Origin: a virus
Lineage: Duplodnaviria; Caudoviricetes
Strand: one strand, 5' to 3'
Virus record (IMG/VR): IMGVR_UViG_3300037439_000266
Span: 269 to 64,268 of that record
DNA length: 64,000 nucleotides
The position numbers were made by a program, and so were the translations under genes. Positions within the stretch are counted from its first letter, which is position 1. The number at the start of each line of letters is the position of its first letter. Below are positions 33,756 to 44,202 of this stretch, in pieces. The notes below the pieces were generated by a model. It searched no databases, was not told the origin of the DNA, and saw only the letters and a list, made by a program, of their open reading frames with translations.

Positions 33756-34712
33756 CTAGCTGTAGAACTCCTGGACCATGACGACCCCGGCGGCCCCGGC
33801 CCCGCCCGCAGTAGCAGCTACCCCCCCAGAGTTGCAGGCCCCGCTGCCCCCTCCCCCGTACAGACGGCCAGCGAAACCGGCAAGAGCCTGCCCGGCCGAG
33901 TTAGTGCGCCGCGGCGCAGCCCCCCCGCCGAGATGCGCCGACCCTCCCACACCGGAGATGCCGAGGCCGTTGGCCGCGCCCCACCCGGCGGCTCCGCCGC
34001 TGCCGCCGTGGATCACCCCGGTAAGAGTGCCTCCGATCGTAGCCCCGCCGTTGCCGCCGTCGACGCCGAAGTCCACAGCCGCCGCATTCCTGAACGCACC
34101 ACCCGAGCCCCCGTTGGCGGTGAACAACCCACCAAAACTGGTGGTACCCCCGCTGTTCCCGTTGCCTCCCGCCACGCCCCCGCCTCCGGCCCCAACGGTC
34201 ACCGTGGTGGTGTGAGCAAAGTCGTCAGCCGCGAGCAGGAACTCCACGGCGCAGCCCCCCCCGCCGCCGCCCCCCACCGAGGATTGGCCCGCTGCCGTGG
34301 TTGCGGCTCCGCCCCCGGCCCCGCCACCGCCGCTGGCTACCCCCCGAATGAAGGTCAGCCCCCGGGGCTGGACGTAATCGCCCGAGGCGGTGACGAGTTC
34401 CGTAGTAGCGGCCGACCTGGAGACTCCGATGATTCCCAGGACGTAGACCCCGGCGGGCGGAATCTGGACGCACCAGACTCGTTGGCTCGGCATGACTGAC
34501 CCGACCATCGAGCGGGCGTAGATTGTGGAGCTGTCCCCGTCGAGCCGCACCGGCACGCTCTCGGGCTGGGCCGGGAGGCTCCCGCCCACGGTGCCGGGGC
34601 GCAGCCGCCACAGGATGCCGAGGCGAACGGCGTCGTTGACGGCCGCCCGCACGGCGTGCACCGCCGAGGCCGTGATGAGCCTCGGAACCCGAACGTTCGG
34701 GAGTTTCGCCAT
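33756..34712 (-). CDS. Minor tail protein with glycine-rich C-domain
   Basis: LRPGTV; GGGGxGG repeats; G.V.V.E.Y end. Confidence 0.8.
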   Translation of the reverse strand: MAKLPNVRVPRLITASAVHAVRAAVNDAVRLGILWRLRPGTVGGSLPAQPESVPVRLDGDSSTIYARSMVGSVMPSQRVWCVQIPPAGVYVLGIIGVSRSAATTELVTASGDYVQPRGLTFIRGVASGGGGAGGGAATTAAGQSSVGGGGGGGCAVEFLLAADDFAHTTTVTVGAGGGGVAGGNGNSGGTTSFGGLFTANGGSGGAFRNAAAVDFGVDGGNGGATIGGTLTGVIHGGSGGAAGWGAANGLGISGVGGSAHLGGGAAPRRTNSAGQALAGFAGRLYGGGGSGACNSGGVAATAGGAGAAGVVMVQEFYS

Positions 34713-35860
34713 CAAGCACCTCCTGCCAGGACTTGGTCGACGGTTCCGCTGAGCACCTGGGGGCTCGGCGGGTAGGACCGCTGGAGCGAATGTTGCATCT
34801 CGCCTCCGGCCGCCAGCTGCATCGACCAACCGGTCTCAAGCCAGCGCTTTTCCTGAAAGTCTACAGTATTCCAGCCGTCGTGCCTAGGGTCGAGCGCAGT
34901 CGACAAATCGACCTCCTCCGCCACGGTCTGGGTCAGGCAGTACAGGTCGGCCACGGCCTGGCACTGAGCCACCGAGGTGGCCTGGATCTCCATGATCTCG
35001 GGCCGCGCAAATCCGAGGTTCATGATCGAGTGGGGAGCCGTGGACGGCACGTCGCAGAACGCCATCATCGGGCCGGGGTCGATCGGGTCCACCGGGTTCT
35101 TCTCCGAGGACGAGCCACCGTAGGTGTTGCCGCCGTTGGAGACGACCACGATCCGGTTGGGCGCGTAGATGGTCGAGTCGGACCGGGTTACGCTCTCGGC
35201 AAACACACTCTGCTGCTCATCGAAGTCGAAGTCGGCCACGCCAGTGGTCGGGTCGAACTGCCGCCGGACCTGCAGCACCCCCTCGTGGTCGAACCACGGC
35301 GCGAGGTACCCGCCCAGCTCGGCAATCGATTCCAGCACGGCCTTGCGGGAGGTCCCGGCCATCCAGGAGTTGCTGATGAGCTGCCCCGAGTCCTCGATCT
35401 GCATCTCGATGTCGAGGTCCGCCAGCAGCCGCTCGATCGCCGCACGGGCGGGCTCCAGAACTGCGGTAAACGAGGTCTCCAGCTGGGCGTCCACAATTGA
35501 CATGTAGTCCGAGAGCTGACAGGAGGTCAGCGACCGGACCTCCCCGGCCTCTTCGTCGGAGTAGTCCTGCTGGGTGGCGTCGGCGAACCGGAACCGGCCT
35601 AGGGGGCGGGCCTCGCCGTCGACCAGCATCGAGGCGTAGACCCGCTCCGAGACGAAGTTCACCTCGGCCGACTCCGTCTCGCCCACCTCGAAGGTGAGGG
35701 TCCGCATGACCGACCGCCCGGCGGTGTGAGTGAGGGTGCCCCCCCAGATCGGGTGCAATAGGCCCAGCGGCCGGAGGCTGGAACCTTCCCGCCGCTCGAA
35801 TCGGAAGCTAGACGCCCGCTGGCCCCGACCGTTGGAGAAATCGTAGAACTCAAGCGCCAT
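34712..35860 (-). CDS. Minor tail (hub/Tal-like) protein, 382 aa
   Basis: Position after large tail gene; coupled. Confidence 0.7.
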   Translation of the reverse strand: MALEFYDFSNGRGQRASSFRFERREGSSLRPLGLLHPIWGGTLTHTAGRSVMRTLTFEVGETESAEVNFVSERVYASMLVDGEARPLGRFRFADATQQDYSDEEAGEVRSLTSCQLSDYMSIVDAQLETSFTAVLEPARAAIERLLADLDIEMQIEDSGQLISNSWMAGTSRKAVLESIAELGGYLAPWFDHEGVLQVRRQFDPTTGVADFDFDEQQSVFAESVTRSDSTIYAPNRIVVVSNGGNTYGGSSSEKNPVDPIDPGPMMAFCDVPSTAPHSIMNLGFARPEIMEIQATSVAQCQAVADLYCLTQTVAEEVDLSTALDPRHDGWNTVDFQEKRWLETGWSMQLAAGGEMQHSLQRSYPPSPQVLSGTVDQVLAGGA

Positions 35861-38800
35861 CAGAGCCTCCGGTCCACGGTGCAGATGCCGTTCGCGACGT
35901 TCCACTGGTTGCCCTGGTCGTCGGTGAACTCCACGGTGTCCCCATCCTGGGCGCTGAAGTCTGGGTTCGCCAGAATGGTGTCGCTCGCTGGGTCGGCGGT
36001 GATGGCGGCCGTCCCATGGAGGGTCCAGGTCTTGCCGACCGAGTCCACGAAAACAGTGGTGCCCGGAGCCTGCGCCTGGAAGTCGGGGTTGCCCACCAAG
36101 GTTCCGGCGATCCCGCTGTAGACCTGGGCCGCGTAGACGGTACCCGTGAATTGCTCCTGGGTTCCCGCGTCAGCGGAGCCCACCTCGACAGGTGCGGTCC
36201 CGCTGAACATCGTGACCACTCCGCCGCTGGTGATCGGGGTTCCGAGCTGCGTCCACGGCCCGTCGATGTCGGGGCCGTAGTAGAACGTGATGGTGCGCCC
36301 GGCCGCACCGTTGTCGGCGTCGAGAGTCACTCGCAGTGCGCGGGGAAGGTCTCCCGGGTCGGGGAGGGGCACCGTGGAGGCCGACGAGGCTGTGGCGAGG
36401 CCGTCCTGCGAGAACCTGAAGCGGAGAGTACCAGCCGCGTCCAGCATGAACTTCCAGGAGCGCTGGTCACCGGCCTGAGCGAATTTGCCCACAAGGGTCT
36501 GGGCCCCGGCGGGAGTCCAGTCGTCGGCCAGGACCTGGACTCGAACGTCGATGTCACCAGTGATGTCGAAATCGGCGTGGTCGGGGCTGTCGGCGTAGGC
36601 TCCGGAGCTGCCGTCCAGCACCATTCCCTCGGTACCCCCCGCGTCGAGATCGCGCACCTCGGCCTGCACGATGACGCCGTTCCAGCCGCCTGCCCCGCCG
36701 AAGTTCTCGCCGCTACTCCAGTCGGAGGTGCCGTCCGCCACCGCCCCGATGGTCAGCGGCTGGTCGTCGGCGAAGGTCAACGGGGTGGGCGCGTTGAGCA
36801 CCATGGTGGTGGCTAGTGGGTTCCAGGTAACCCCGTCTGGGCTGGTGTAGAACTGTCCCAAGGAGACCAGACCGCCCCCGTTGGAGTCGTAGTCGAACCG
36901 CACCCAGTACAGATCCCCGGGCCCGAACGGCACCGGATCCGACACGAATTCGACCGGGAACACCGCGAACGCATCGAACCGCAGGACTCCATTGTCATAG
37001 GTGAATGCCCAACCCTCCGACAGGGGGTTGAGGCGGGCGATCAACGGGATGAACTGGTCGAAACGATCGAGCCGGAGCTGAACCCGCAGCGACGCGTCGT
37101 CAGAGGACAGAGCGGCCGAGGCCGGAGTCGTGGCGAACCGGGGCTCGTAGACCGTGGACGGCAGCGAGCCGCGAGCGGTCATACCCTCGCAGTGAGTCAG
37201 GTCGGGGGCGTAAGGCTCTGCCGCGACCTCGTTGATCTCCACCTCGGCCACGTAGAGCTTGCGCCGGTTTCGGATGCTGCCGCCGGGCACGTTCACGTTG
37301 GAGAGCCAGCGGTCCCCTCGGTCGGAGCGAACGCAGACGTAGGGCAGATCAGCCCAGGCCATGTCCCGCAAGGAGGTGAATCCTTCCCGCAGCGTCTCCA
37401 CCGGCACCTGGGCCGCGTTGACCAGGATCGTCCGGGTGAACCGCACCCCGCCGCGCTCCAGCGGCCGGAACGCGACCTGGAAGTCGCGGCCGTACATGCG
37501 CTGCAGCTCGCGGGTTCCGGCCTCCACGAATTCGAAGTCCTCGTTGGCGGCCCCGCCCCAGACCTGTACGTAGGCGAGGTTGTGGGACGGGTCGACGTTG
37601 GAGCTGAAGATCAGCACGCCCTTGTTGGTCTGGACTCCGCTCACGCCGGGAGCCGGGACTTCGCCCGTCGCCTGGGTGGACCAGGCTCCGAACATGCCGT
37701 TCTGGTGAACGTAGCGGATGCGGTATCGGGTCTCGACGTCGACTCGGACCTCGTAGTCATCGAACTGGTCGACCAATGGGTGGATCGCTTGAGCTACGAT
37801 CTCCCACTCGTCGGGGTCCATGGTGGCGTCCTGGCGCTGCAGCTCGTAGGAGCCCAGGCCGACGAACTCGTAGCCCTCGTCCTGAGGCGCCCAGGTGACG
37901 CTCAGGTAGTACAGGCCGTCCGCGATGCAGGCCGCCGGAATCGGACACTCAGAGTCCACGATTTCGAGCGGCTGGGTCTCGAGGGTTACGGTCAGTCCCT
38001 CCAGGGTCGGCAGTGCCTGGCCCCAGACCACCGCCACGTCGATGTCGTCGGTGCTAGGGTTGTTCCCTTCCTGGCTGCCCTCGACCAGTTCGTCGCCGTA
38101 GGTGGCGCGGCCGGTGGTGCCGGAAATCAGCGGGTTAATGGGCATGGTCCAGGAGCTGTCCCAGTTCTCGCGGCGAACGCGTGCAGCCAAGATCTCCCAA
38201 GCTTTGAACTCGGAGGTGTCGGACTCCCACCGAGGCGCGCCGGGGGAGAGAATCCCGCCGTCATCGTCGACCAACAGCGCGGTGTCGACCGGAATGGTGA
38301 TCTGCCGCCAGCCGTCCGCAATCTCAGGGAAGGTCTCGAAGTCGCTGGTGGACACGTAGGCCACGGTGATGGGTCCCTGCTCCGAGGTCTCGATCGAGAC
38401 TTGGAGGGCGGCCGTGGCCGCGTTGTGCCGGGCCCAGAACCTGAGCTGCGGGTAGGGCACGTCGGTGCCGTTGGCGGTCTCCAGGACCTCCTGCACGACC
38501 GGCTGGCCGCCGAACACGGCCAGTGGCTCCTGCACCCCGTAAGGGTGAATCCACGGAACGGCCGGAGCCTGCCAGTCCGCCTCGGCTCCCTCTGGCTCGG
38601 TGTGCAGGATGATCTGCGGAATCAGGTCGGTCTGCGACACGGTGTTGAATGCGCCGGGCTCGAGGGTGTTGTTGATGACCACGCCGGGGTGGCCGGGGAA
38701 GACGTCCACGGTCCGCAGCGCACGCAGCTCGGGCAGAGGGCCCTGGTTGTTGTAGGCCCCGTAGTCGGCACGTTTCAGGGTGAGGGTCAGGTCGTTGACC

Positions 38801-39819
38801 TGGGTGTTCCCCGAGCTGAAGAACGAAGACCCGGTCCCGCAGTTGTAGTTGTACCCCTGGGGGTTGATCATCCCGACGCTGAAGCTGTTGGGGGTATTCC
38901 GTCCGGGCAGATAGCCGGAGAACGGCTCGCCCGTGGTGACGTCGCCGTTGATGTAGTCTGACCCGGCCACCATTCCGGCCACGGCTTGACGGTTCTCTTC
39001 GCAGTAGGTGATTCGCATGCGGGCGTGGTGCAGGCGGATCTCGCGGGGGAGGTCCTGAGCAGCCGAGGCGGTGCGGAACTCGACCCCCCAGTTGGAGGAC
39101 ACGCCGCCGAAGTTCTGCAGCTGGAGGCTGTTCCAAGGGTACCTGGCGGTGCTCTCGGTAAGAGAGTTGCCGGTCCAGTTCCAGGTTCCGATCTCGCCCC
39201 AACGGCTGCGCTGCAGGTCGGCGATGAGCGACTCCCGGAGCGCCACCGTGGCGTTGCCGTAGGGGACCCGCTGGGAGGTACAGAAGTTGTAATGGTTGAT
39301 CTCCAGCGGGACCGGGTCGTCGTTCCCGGGCTCGGCCGAGGCGGCGTACATGATGGACACGTCTACGATGCGCTTGTTCTCGACCGCGAAGAACGGAGTT
39401 GCGGCGGCCGAGTCCACGGCGAGTCGGATGTAGGATTCGCCCGTGCCGCCGGTCCGGAACCGGATGTAGTTGCCGTCCGTCTGGAACTCGATGTCGTTGG
39501 TGCCGGGGGCCGCCCCGTCCTGGTCGAGGGAGTTGGTGGAGGCCCTCACGGTGGTGAAGGGCAGGTCGAACGTCTTCATCGGCCCCGTGCTGACCTCCTG
39601 CCCCCGGCGGTACAGGGTCCACAGGTAGGCGTGACCCGGAACGGCCCAGGCGGGCAGCTTGTCGACGAACATCGACACCCACCCGTTGAGGAATTCGGAG
39701 TCGTCGTGGCGGAAGGAGTAGCCCCGCTCCACGAACAGGTCGGGCTGGTAGTTGGCTTGCAGGACGGGCGCGTATTCGTTGCCTACCATGAGCGGAGCGC
39801 TCGGGTTGTACTGCCCCAC
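35860..39819 (-). CDS. Large minor tail protein, 1319 aa, with two LamG/ConA-like domains
   Basis: Follows tape measure; DITGDIDVRV..W..L..K, W..VRVT motifs. Confidence 0.8.
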   Translation of the reverse strand: MGQYNPSAPLMVGNEYAPVLQANYQPDLFVERGYSFRHDDSEFLNGWVSMFVDKLPAWAVPGHAYLWTLYRRGQEVSTGPMKTFDLPFTTVRASTNSLDQDGAAPGTNDIEFQTDGNYIRFRTGGTGESYIRLAVDSAAATPFFAVENKRIVDVSIMYAASAEPGNDDPVPLEINHYNFCTSQRVPYGNATVALRESLIADLQRSRWGEIGTWNWTGNSLTESTARYPWNSLQLQNFGGVSSNWGVEFRTASAAQDLPREIRLHHARMRITYCEENRQAVAGMVAGSDYINGDVTTGEPFSGYLPGRNTPNSFSVGMINPQGYNYNCGTGSSFFSSGNTQVNDLTLTLKRADYGAYNNQGPLPELRALRTVDVFPGHPGVVINNTLEPGAFNTVSQTDLIPQIILHTEPEGAEADWQAPAVPWIHPYGVQEPLAVFGGQPVVQEVLETANGTDVPYPQLRFWARHNAATAALQVSIETSEQGPITVAYVSTSDFETFPEIADGWRQITIPVDTALLVDDDGGILSPGAPRWESDTSEFKAWEILAARVRRENWDSSWTMPINPLISGTTGRATYGDELVEGSQEGNNPSTDDIDVAVVWGQALPTLEGLTVTLETQPLEIVDSECPIPAACIADGLYYLSVTWAPQDEGYEFVGLGSYELQRQDATMDPDEWEIVAQAIHPLVDQFDDYEVRVDVETRYRIRYVHQNGMFGAWSTQATGEVPAPGVSGVQTNKGVLIFSSNVDPSHNLAYVQVWGGAANEDFEFVEAGTRELQRMYGRDFQVAFRPLERGGVRFTRTILVNAAQVPVETLREGFTSLRDMAWADLPYVCVRSDRGDRWLSNVNVPGGSIRNRRKLYVAEVEINEVAAEPYAPDLTHCEGMTARGSLPSTVYEPRFATTPASAALSSDDASLRVQLRLDRFDQFIPLIARLNPLSEGWAFTYDNGVLRFDAFAVFPVEFVSDPVPFGPGDLYWVRFDYDSNGGGLVSLGQFYTSPDGVTWNPLATTMVLNAPTPLTFADDQPLTIGAVADGTSDWSSGENFGGAGGWNGVIVQAEVRDLDAGGTEGMVLDGSSGAYADSPDHADFDITGDIDVRVQVLADDWTPAGAQTLVGKFAQAGDQRSWKFMLDAAGTLRFRFSQDGLATASSASTVPLPDPGDLPRALRVTLDADNGAAGRTITFYYGPDIDGPWTQLGTPITSGGVVTMFSGTAPVEVGSADAGTQEQFTGTVYAAQVYSGIAGTLVGNPDFQAQAPGTTVFVDSVGKTWTLHGTAAITADPASDTILANPDFSAQDGDTVEFTDDQGNQWNVANGICTVDRRL

Positions 39820-42530
39820 TAGATCCCCCTGATCGCGAGTCGAACGTTGCGGGCTGCGAGGGTGTTGAGCAGGCCCTCGCCAGCGGCGTTTCCGACGCGG
39901 CGGGCCTGCTGCTCGTCAGGCACCCCTCCACTGAATTGAATCACGACAGCGCCTTCTTCCACCACCACGGTCGGCTCTCCGCGCGAGCCGCTGGCGCTGC
40001 GGCCGACGCTGCGAGCCGTGGTCATGCTGGAGCTGCCGGACAGGAGCACGTCCATCAGGCCCGACTGCATCGCCAGTTCGCGCGCTCGGGCGGGTTGGCT
40101 GAGCGGCAGCACGACCTCGGGCCCGGCCTCGCCGATAATGGCGGCCGTGGCGCGGTTGACGATGCCGCCGTCAGCGAAGAAGTTAAATAGTCCCCCGCCG
40201 AGGCCCGAGGGCAGGGAGGGGATGTCGGAGATCGCCGAGGCCAGCCTACGGGCTGCGCTCCGCATGTTTTCGAAGAGGCTGGCTACTCGCAGACCCCGGT
40301 CGATGATGCCCTTGATGGTGCCGATAAGGTCGATGCCCGACTTCCGTAGGACCTGAATCGACTCCCGCAGGGCCCTCACTCCGGCGGCTGCCCTCTGCAT
40401 CGCCTTGACCCAGGGCTTGACGATCTCGATGAGGATGCGGATGATGATGATCAGCAGGTTGATCCAGCTCCGCAGCACGGCGACGGCCACGCGAACGGCG
40501 AGTACCGCCAGCTCGGCGGTGCCCATCTCGGGGTCGACGTCCTCAACCAGGACCAGGACCAGCTTTGCCAGCTCCCTCGCGAGGTTAACGATCTCATCCC
40601 ACAGGTCCTCGAACTCGTCCCGCAGATCGGCCAGAGCCGGGATCAGCTCGTTCTGGATCAGCGGCCACAGCTGGTCACGGATGATGGGGACAACGTTGTC
40701 CTTGATCCAGGTCCAGATGACCCTCAGGATGCCGACGAGTCGGTCGTTGTGCTGAATCCACAGGTCGATCAGGAAGATGATGCCCTCGACCACAAACATC
40801 GTGGCCTGGATGGCGAACGGCAGCAGCTCCAGCATCAGGTCCATGAACACCCCGCCGAGCTGCTCGATCAGCGGCACCATGGCTTCAGTCAGCCGCCGGA
40901 AGGCGTCGATCAGGGGCGGCAGCGCCGCCTCCGCGATGGCGAGCCACGCTTGGAAGACGGGCAGCAGGACGGCGGCGATTCCGGTTGCCTGTGCCTCGAT
41001 CGCCGGGACCAGCAGTTCCACGATGGCGGAGGCTAGGTTAAGCACCATGCCGATCAGGGCGGCCACGGGCTCCAGCAGGGGCGACACGGCCTTGAGCAGC
41101 GAGCCGAGGGCCCCGCCCAGGATCGCGAGGTGGGGAGAGAGGAGGATGAGGGCGTCGGACAGGTCCTCCATGAACTCCCGACCGCCGGAGTCCACCAAGG
41201 CGATGAGGGCGTCGGCGATTCCGTCGAACGCGGCCTTGGCGCCGGGGGCCAGGGCTTCGACCAGGTCGGCCAGCGGTGCGGTCAGGCGGCCGATTGCGAC
41301 GGCGGCGGCACCGAGGACGGGCAGCAGCGCTTGAATAACCCGGTCGACGGAGACGAAGAAGTCCTGAATTCCCGCCTGAGCTTCGAAAGCCTCAGAGAGG
41401 TCGGCGGCCTGTTCGATCAGATCGGCCACGGTGTCGAACAGGTCGACCCCGGCAGCGTGCGACGCGTCCACGCCCGCGGCCACGAGCCGGAATGCTCCAG
41501 CCACGATGCGACCGAGAGTGTCCATGAACTGGGCGGCCTGCTCGAACCGTTCCAGGGCCTCCCCGGACTCTTGCGCGGCCTCGGCCCAGTCGCGGAAGCT
41601 CTCGGCCGAGCGCTCCAGGTCCTCGGTCATGGCTTCGATCTGTGGGGCGAACACCTCAACCAGAGTTCGAAGTCCCTGCAGGAAGGGGACCGTGGCGTCG
41701 GCAATGTTGTCGAAGGCGGCAGCGGTGTGCTGGAACACGAGGTTCAGGGCCTCGACGGTGTCTCGCTGAGCCAGGAATTTGGCGAACTCCAGTACCACGC
41801 TGCCCATGGCGGTGGAGACCAGTACCATTCCGGCGCGCATCGGCCCGGCCAGAACCGAGGCCACCTTGGTGAGAACGGTTTCAAGCTGCTCCCAGAATGC
41901 CTGCTGCACGTCGATCCGGATCGACTGGAACAGGGGCAGCAATGCCCGGAATTCACGGACCACGGCCTGGGCGGCGGGGGCCAGGTTGGCAATCGCCTCC
42001 TCGAACTTCTCGCTGTCCTCCCCGGCCGCTGCGAAGGCGTCGCTCATGCCGAACATTGCTACGCTCAGAGTGGCGGCAGCGACCCCCACCCCGGCGAGCA
42101 GCGCGGGAACGGGCAGCAGGAGGCCTAGGAGTTCGTCGGTGGCGGCCACCGCCGCGGCGAGGGCGATGGTGATGGCCCCGCCGAACAACAGGATTCGGGA
42201 CCGGAAGGTGAACAGGACGTTCGATAGGCGCGAGACGACGCTGCGCACCTTCTTATAGGCGTCCTGGAACTCGTCGCCGATCTTGCGACCGACCCGGCGG
42301 GCGGTGTCGCCGGACTCTTCTAGACTCTGGGTGGCGGACCCTGCGAGGTCCTTGATCGACTTGGCGGCTCGCTTCGCGCCACCTGCGACGCCGTCCCCGA
42401 TCCCGTCACCCAGGCCGGACGAGTTAACCTTGACCTTGTCAACGGCCTTCTGCAGGTCCTTCTGGAGTTGCTTGCCAAACCGGGACAGGTCAGCAACAAT
42501 CTCGACCTCTGCGCGTCCAACGTTTGGCAC
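39819..42530 (-). CDS. Tape measure protein
   Basis: Ala-rich helical; FADGGIV...IGEAGPEVVLPL; RBS ggagg. Confidence 0.9.
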   Translation of the reverse strand: MPNVGRAEVEIVADLSRFGKQLQKDLQKAVDKVKVNSSGLGDGIGDGVAGGAKRAAKSIKDLAGSATQSLEESGDTARRVGRKIGDEFQDAYKKVRSVVSRLSNVLFTFRSRILLFGGAITIALAAAVAATDELLGLLLPVPALLAGVGVAAATLSVAMFGMSDAFAAAGEDSEKFEEAIANLAPAAQAVVREFRALLPLFQSIRIDVQQAFWEQLETVLTKVASVLAGPMRAGMVLVSTAMGSVVLEFAKFLAQRDTVEALNLVFQHTAAAFDNIADATVPFLQGLRTLVEVFAPQIEAMTEDLERSAESFRDWAEAAQESGEALERFEQAAQFMDTLGRIVAGAFRLVAAGVDASHAAGVDLFDTVADLIEQAADLSEAFEAQAGIQDFFVSVDRVIQALLPVLGAAAVAIGRLTAPLADLVEALAPGAKAAFDGIADALIALVDSGGREFMEDLSDALILLSPHLAILGGALGSLLKAVSPLLEPVAALIGMVLNLASAIVELLVPAIEAQATGIAAVLLPVFQAWLAIAEAALPPLIDAFRRLTEAMVPLIEQLGGVFMDLMLELLPFAIQATMFVVEGIIFLIDLWIQHNDRLVGILRVIWTWIKDNVVPIIRDQLWPLIQNELIPALADLRDEFEDLWDEIVNLARELAKLVLVLVEDVDPEMGTAELAVLAVRVAVAVLRSWINLLIIIIRILIEIVKPWVKAMQRAAAGVRALRESIQVLRKSGIDLIGTIKGIIDRGLRVASLFENMRSAARRLASAISDIPSLPSGLGGGLFNFFADGGIVNRATAAIIGEAGPEVVLPLSQPARARELAMQSGLMDVLLSGSSSMTTARSVGRSASGSRGEPTVVVEEGAVVIQFSGGVPDEQQARRVGNAAGEGLLNTLAARNVRLAIRGI

Positions 42531-42578
42531 GGCACACCTCCACCCCAATTATCCCACAGGGAAAGCGTGTGCGCCAGT

Positions 42579-43103
42579 TCAATCAGACGGGATGGAGCCC
42601 CAAGCCTTCATGTTGGCCGCGTCATCAATGACCGCTTCGTAGTCGACGCCGGGCGGGGGCTTCTCGATCTCGTGCAGGATTCGGTTTCGGTCTTTCTCCT
42701 CCGCGTTGCGGGTAGCGATTCGCCAGGTGGCCACGCAGGTCTGGGCCAGCGAGCGCTCTTCGAGCCTGAAGCCTTGCAGGAGCAGCTCGCCTCCGAGTCC
42801 GTCCCAGTCCAGGGCCAGGGCCAGCAGCCGCTGCGCCTCCCACCATTTTACGCCTGAGGCGGCCTCGATGGCGTCCCGGTGGGCGGTTTCCAGGTCGAGC
42901 CAGCTGAGGGCTCTGTCGAACAGGGCGTCCTCCACGGCGGAGGTGTCCTCGGCAATCATTTCCAGAAGCAGCTCGGGCTGATCGCCCAAGACCATGAACA
43001 CCCATTCCGAGGCTGGAGCGGCCGGGATGGTCCAGGTCTTCCCAGCCAGCTCCACCTCGCAGTCCCAGTTGCCGACCGGGGCCAGGGGGTCGAAGTTGGG
43101 CAC
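42579..43103 (-). CDS. Tail assembly chaperone 2
   Basis: Directly upstream of tape measure. Confidence 0.65.
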   Translation of the reverse strand: MPNFDPLAPVGNWDCEVELAGKTWTIPAAPASEWVFMVLGDQPELLLEMIAEDTSAVEDALFDRALSWLDLETAHRDAIEAASGVKWWEAQRLLALALDWDGLGGELLLQGFRLEERSLAQTCVATWRIATRNAEEKDRNRILHEIEKPPPGVDYEAVIDDAANMKAWGSIPSD

Positions 43104-43106
43104 CGC

Positions 43107-43505
43107 TTACTTCTTGCCCGCTGGGGCCTTCTTGCGGCTGGCCTTGGCGCGACGCTGCTCGCGGTTGCCCGCCTTGCCCCACTCAGCGGTGGCCTGCTCC
43201 ATGACCTCGGTGGCCTCCTCCAGATTCATTTCCTTCTGCAGGAGGAGGTCCTCGATCCAGTCGCGATCGTCGCGGTTGACCAGAATGGAGGTCACGATCT
43301 GGATGACCTTCTCGTAGACCCGCAGCGCCTCCTCGTTGGAGGTGTTCGCGGGATCGAGCCGAGCCAGCCGGTTGGCGGTCAGCCGCATCATGGCGAGCTG
43401 GGTGGGTTCCGAGGGCCCGATCTCGATCTCCTGCCCCCGGACCTGGATGAAGTGCTTCTTGGGCGCGGTCTCTTCGACCGACTGTTCGGGTTTCTCCTCA
43501 GTCAT
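43107..43505 (-). CDS. Tail assembly chaperone 1 (leaderless, -10 TAAAAT at 43512-43517)
   Basis: GNREQRR tail; position. Confidence 0.65.
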   Translation of the reverse strand: MTEEKPEQSVEETAPKKHFIQVRGQEIEIGPSEPTQLAMMRLTANRLARLDPANTSNEEALRVYEKVIQIVTSILVNRDDRDWIEDLLLQKEMNLEEATEVMEQATAEWGKAGNREQRRAKASRKKAPAGKK

Positions 43506-43523
43506 GGTCCAATTTTACCATGC

Positions 43524-43952
43524 CTACACGACACCCGCCGGGGTCCCACTGATGCGGAACCCGAGCGGCCTGCACTCGTCCGCCAGGGCGTGCGCCAGCC
43601 ACGGCCGGGCCCGAACTCCGGGGTGGTTGACCGACTTGCGGTACAGTACCTGGCCTCCGGCCTCGAATCGGAGATAGCCGTCGCCCCGGGCTCGAATTAC
43701 GTGCGGTCGGGCTCCCGCGTGCACGGCCATGGAGTAGTTGGCGTCGCTGATGACGCGGCCAACGACCCTACGCTTCCCCGCTCGCTTGTTCATCCGGTGC
43801 AGGGCCCGCAGGTTTCCCGTGTCCACTGGCGCTGTCACTGACGCTCGGCTGAACGTCCTGACCATCCCCAGCGTTACGAGTCGGTCGCCGTGGCGCCGTG
43901 CTACGGCGTCGGCTTGCTGCTGGTTTACTTTTACCTTGACCAGACTTGCCAT
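43524..43952 (-). CDS. HK97 gp10-like tail completion/neck protein
   Basis: APVDTGNLR, YA/S..VH.G, HPG..A.PWL. Confidence 0.8.
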   Translation of the reverse strand: MASLVKVKVNQQQADAVARRHGDRLVTLGMVRTFSRASVTAPVDTGNLRALHRMNKRAGKRRVVGRVISDANYSMAVHAGARPHVIRARGDGYLRFEAGGQVLYRKSVNHPGVRARPWLAHALADECRPLGFRISGTPAGVV

Positions 43953-44202
43953 TGTCGACCTCCTCAGGGTCGGGGGCCGGTTCTACCCAGCCACTGGAGC
44001 CGTCCTTCGCCGCCGGAAGGTCAGGCAAGTTCGGGTAGACGAGAGGCGCGACCGGAACGGGGTCGGGGAGATACTCAACCACCTGCAGGTAGCCTGCGTT
44101 GATCATGGCGTCGACGTGGGTCGTTCCGAGCTCGACGTCCCCCTCGTCGCCTCGGCGCAGCCCCATCACGTTAGCCACGGCGCGCACGCGCACTTGTCCC
44201 AC
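43768..44202 (-). CDS. Small virion-associated protein with disordered tail overlapping the next gene
   Basis: Strong RBS gaaaggagg. Confidence 0.55.
   Translation of the reverse strand: MGQVRVRAVANVMGLRRGDEGDVELGTTHVDAMINAGYLQVVEYLPDPVPVAPLVYPNLPDLPAAKDGSSGWVEPAPDPEEVDNGKSGQGKSKPAASRRRSTAPRRPTRNAGDGQDVQPSVSDSASGHGKPAGPAPDEQASGEA

Noticed and set aside
38324-39931. 535-aa alternative-frame ORF
   Set aside because: Same-strand off-frame shadow of the large tail protein; low complexity
43090-43125. Programmed frameshift between tail chaperones
   Set aside because: No XXXYYYZ slippery site seen; the second gene has its own GTG directly after the stop
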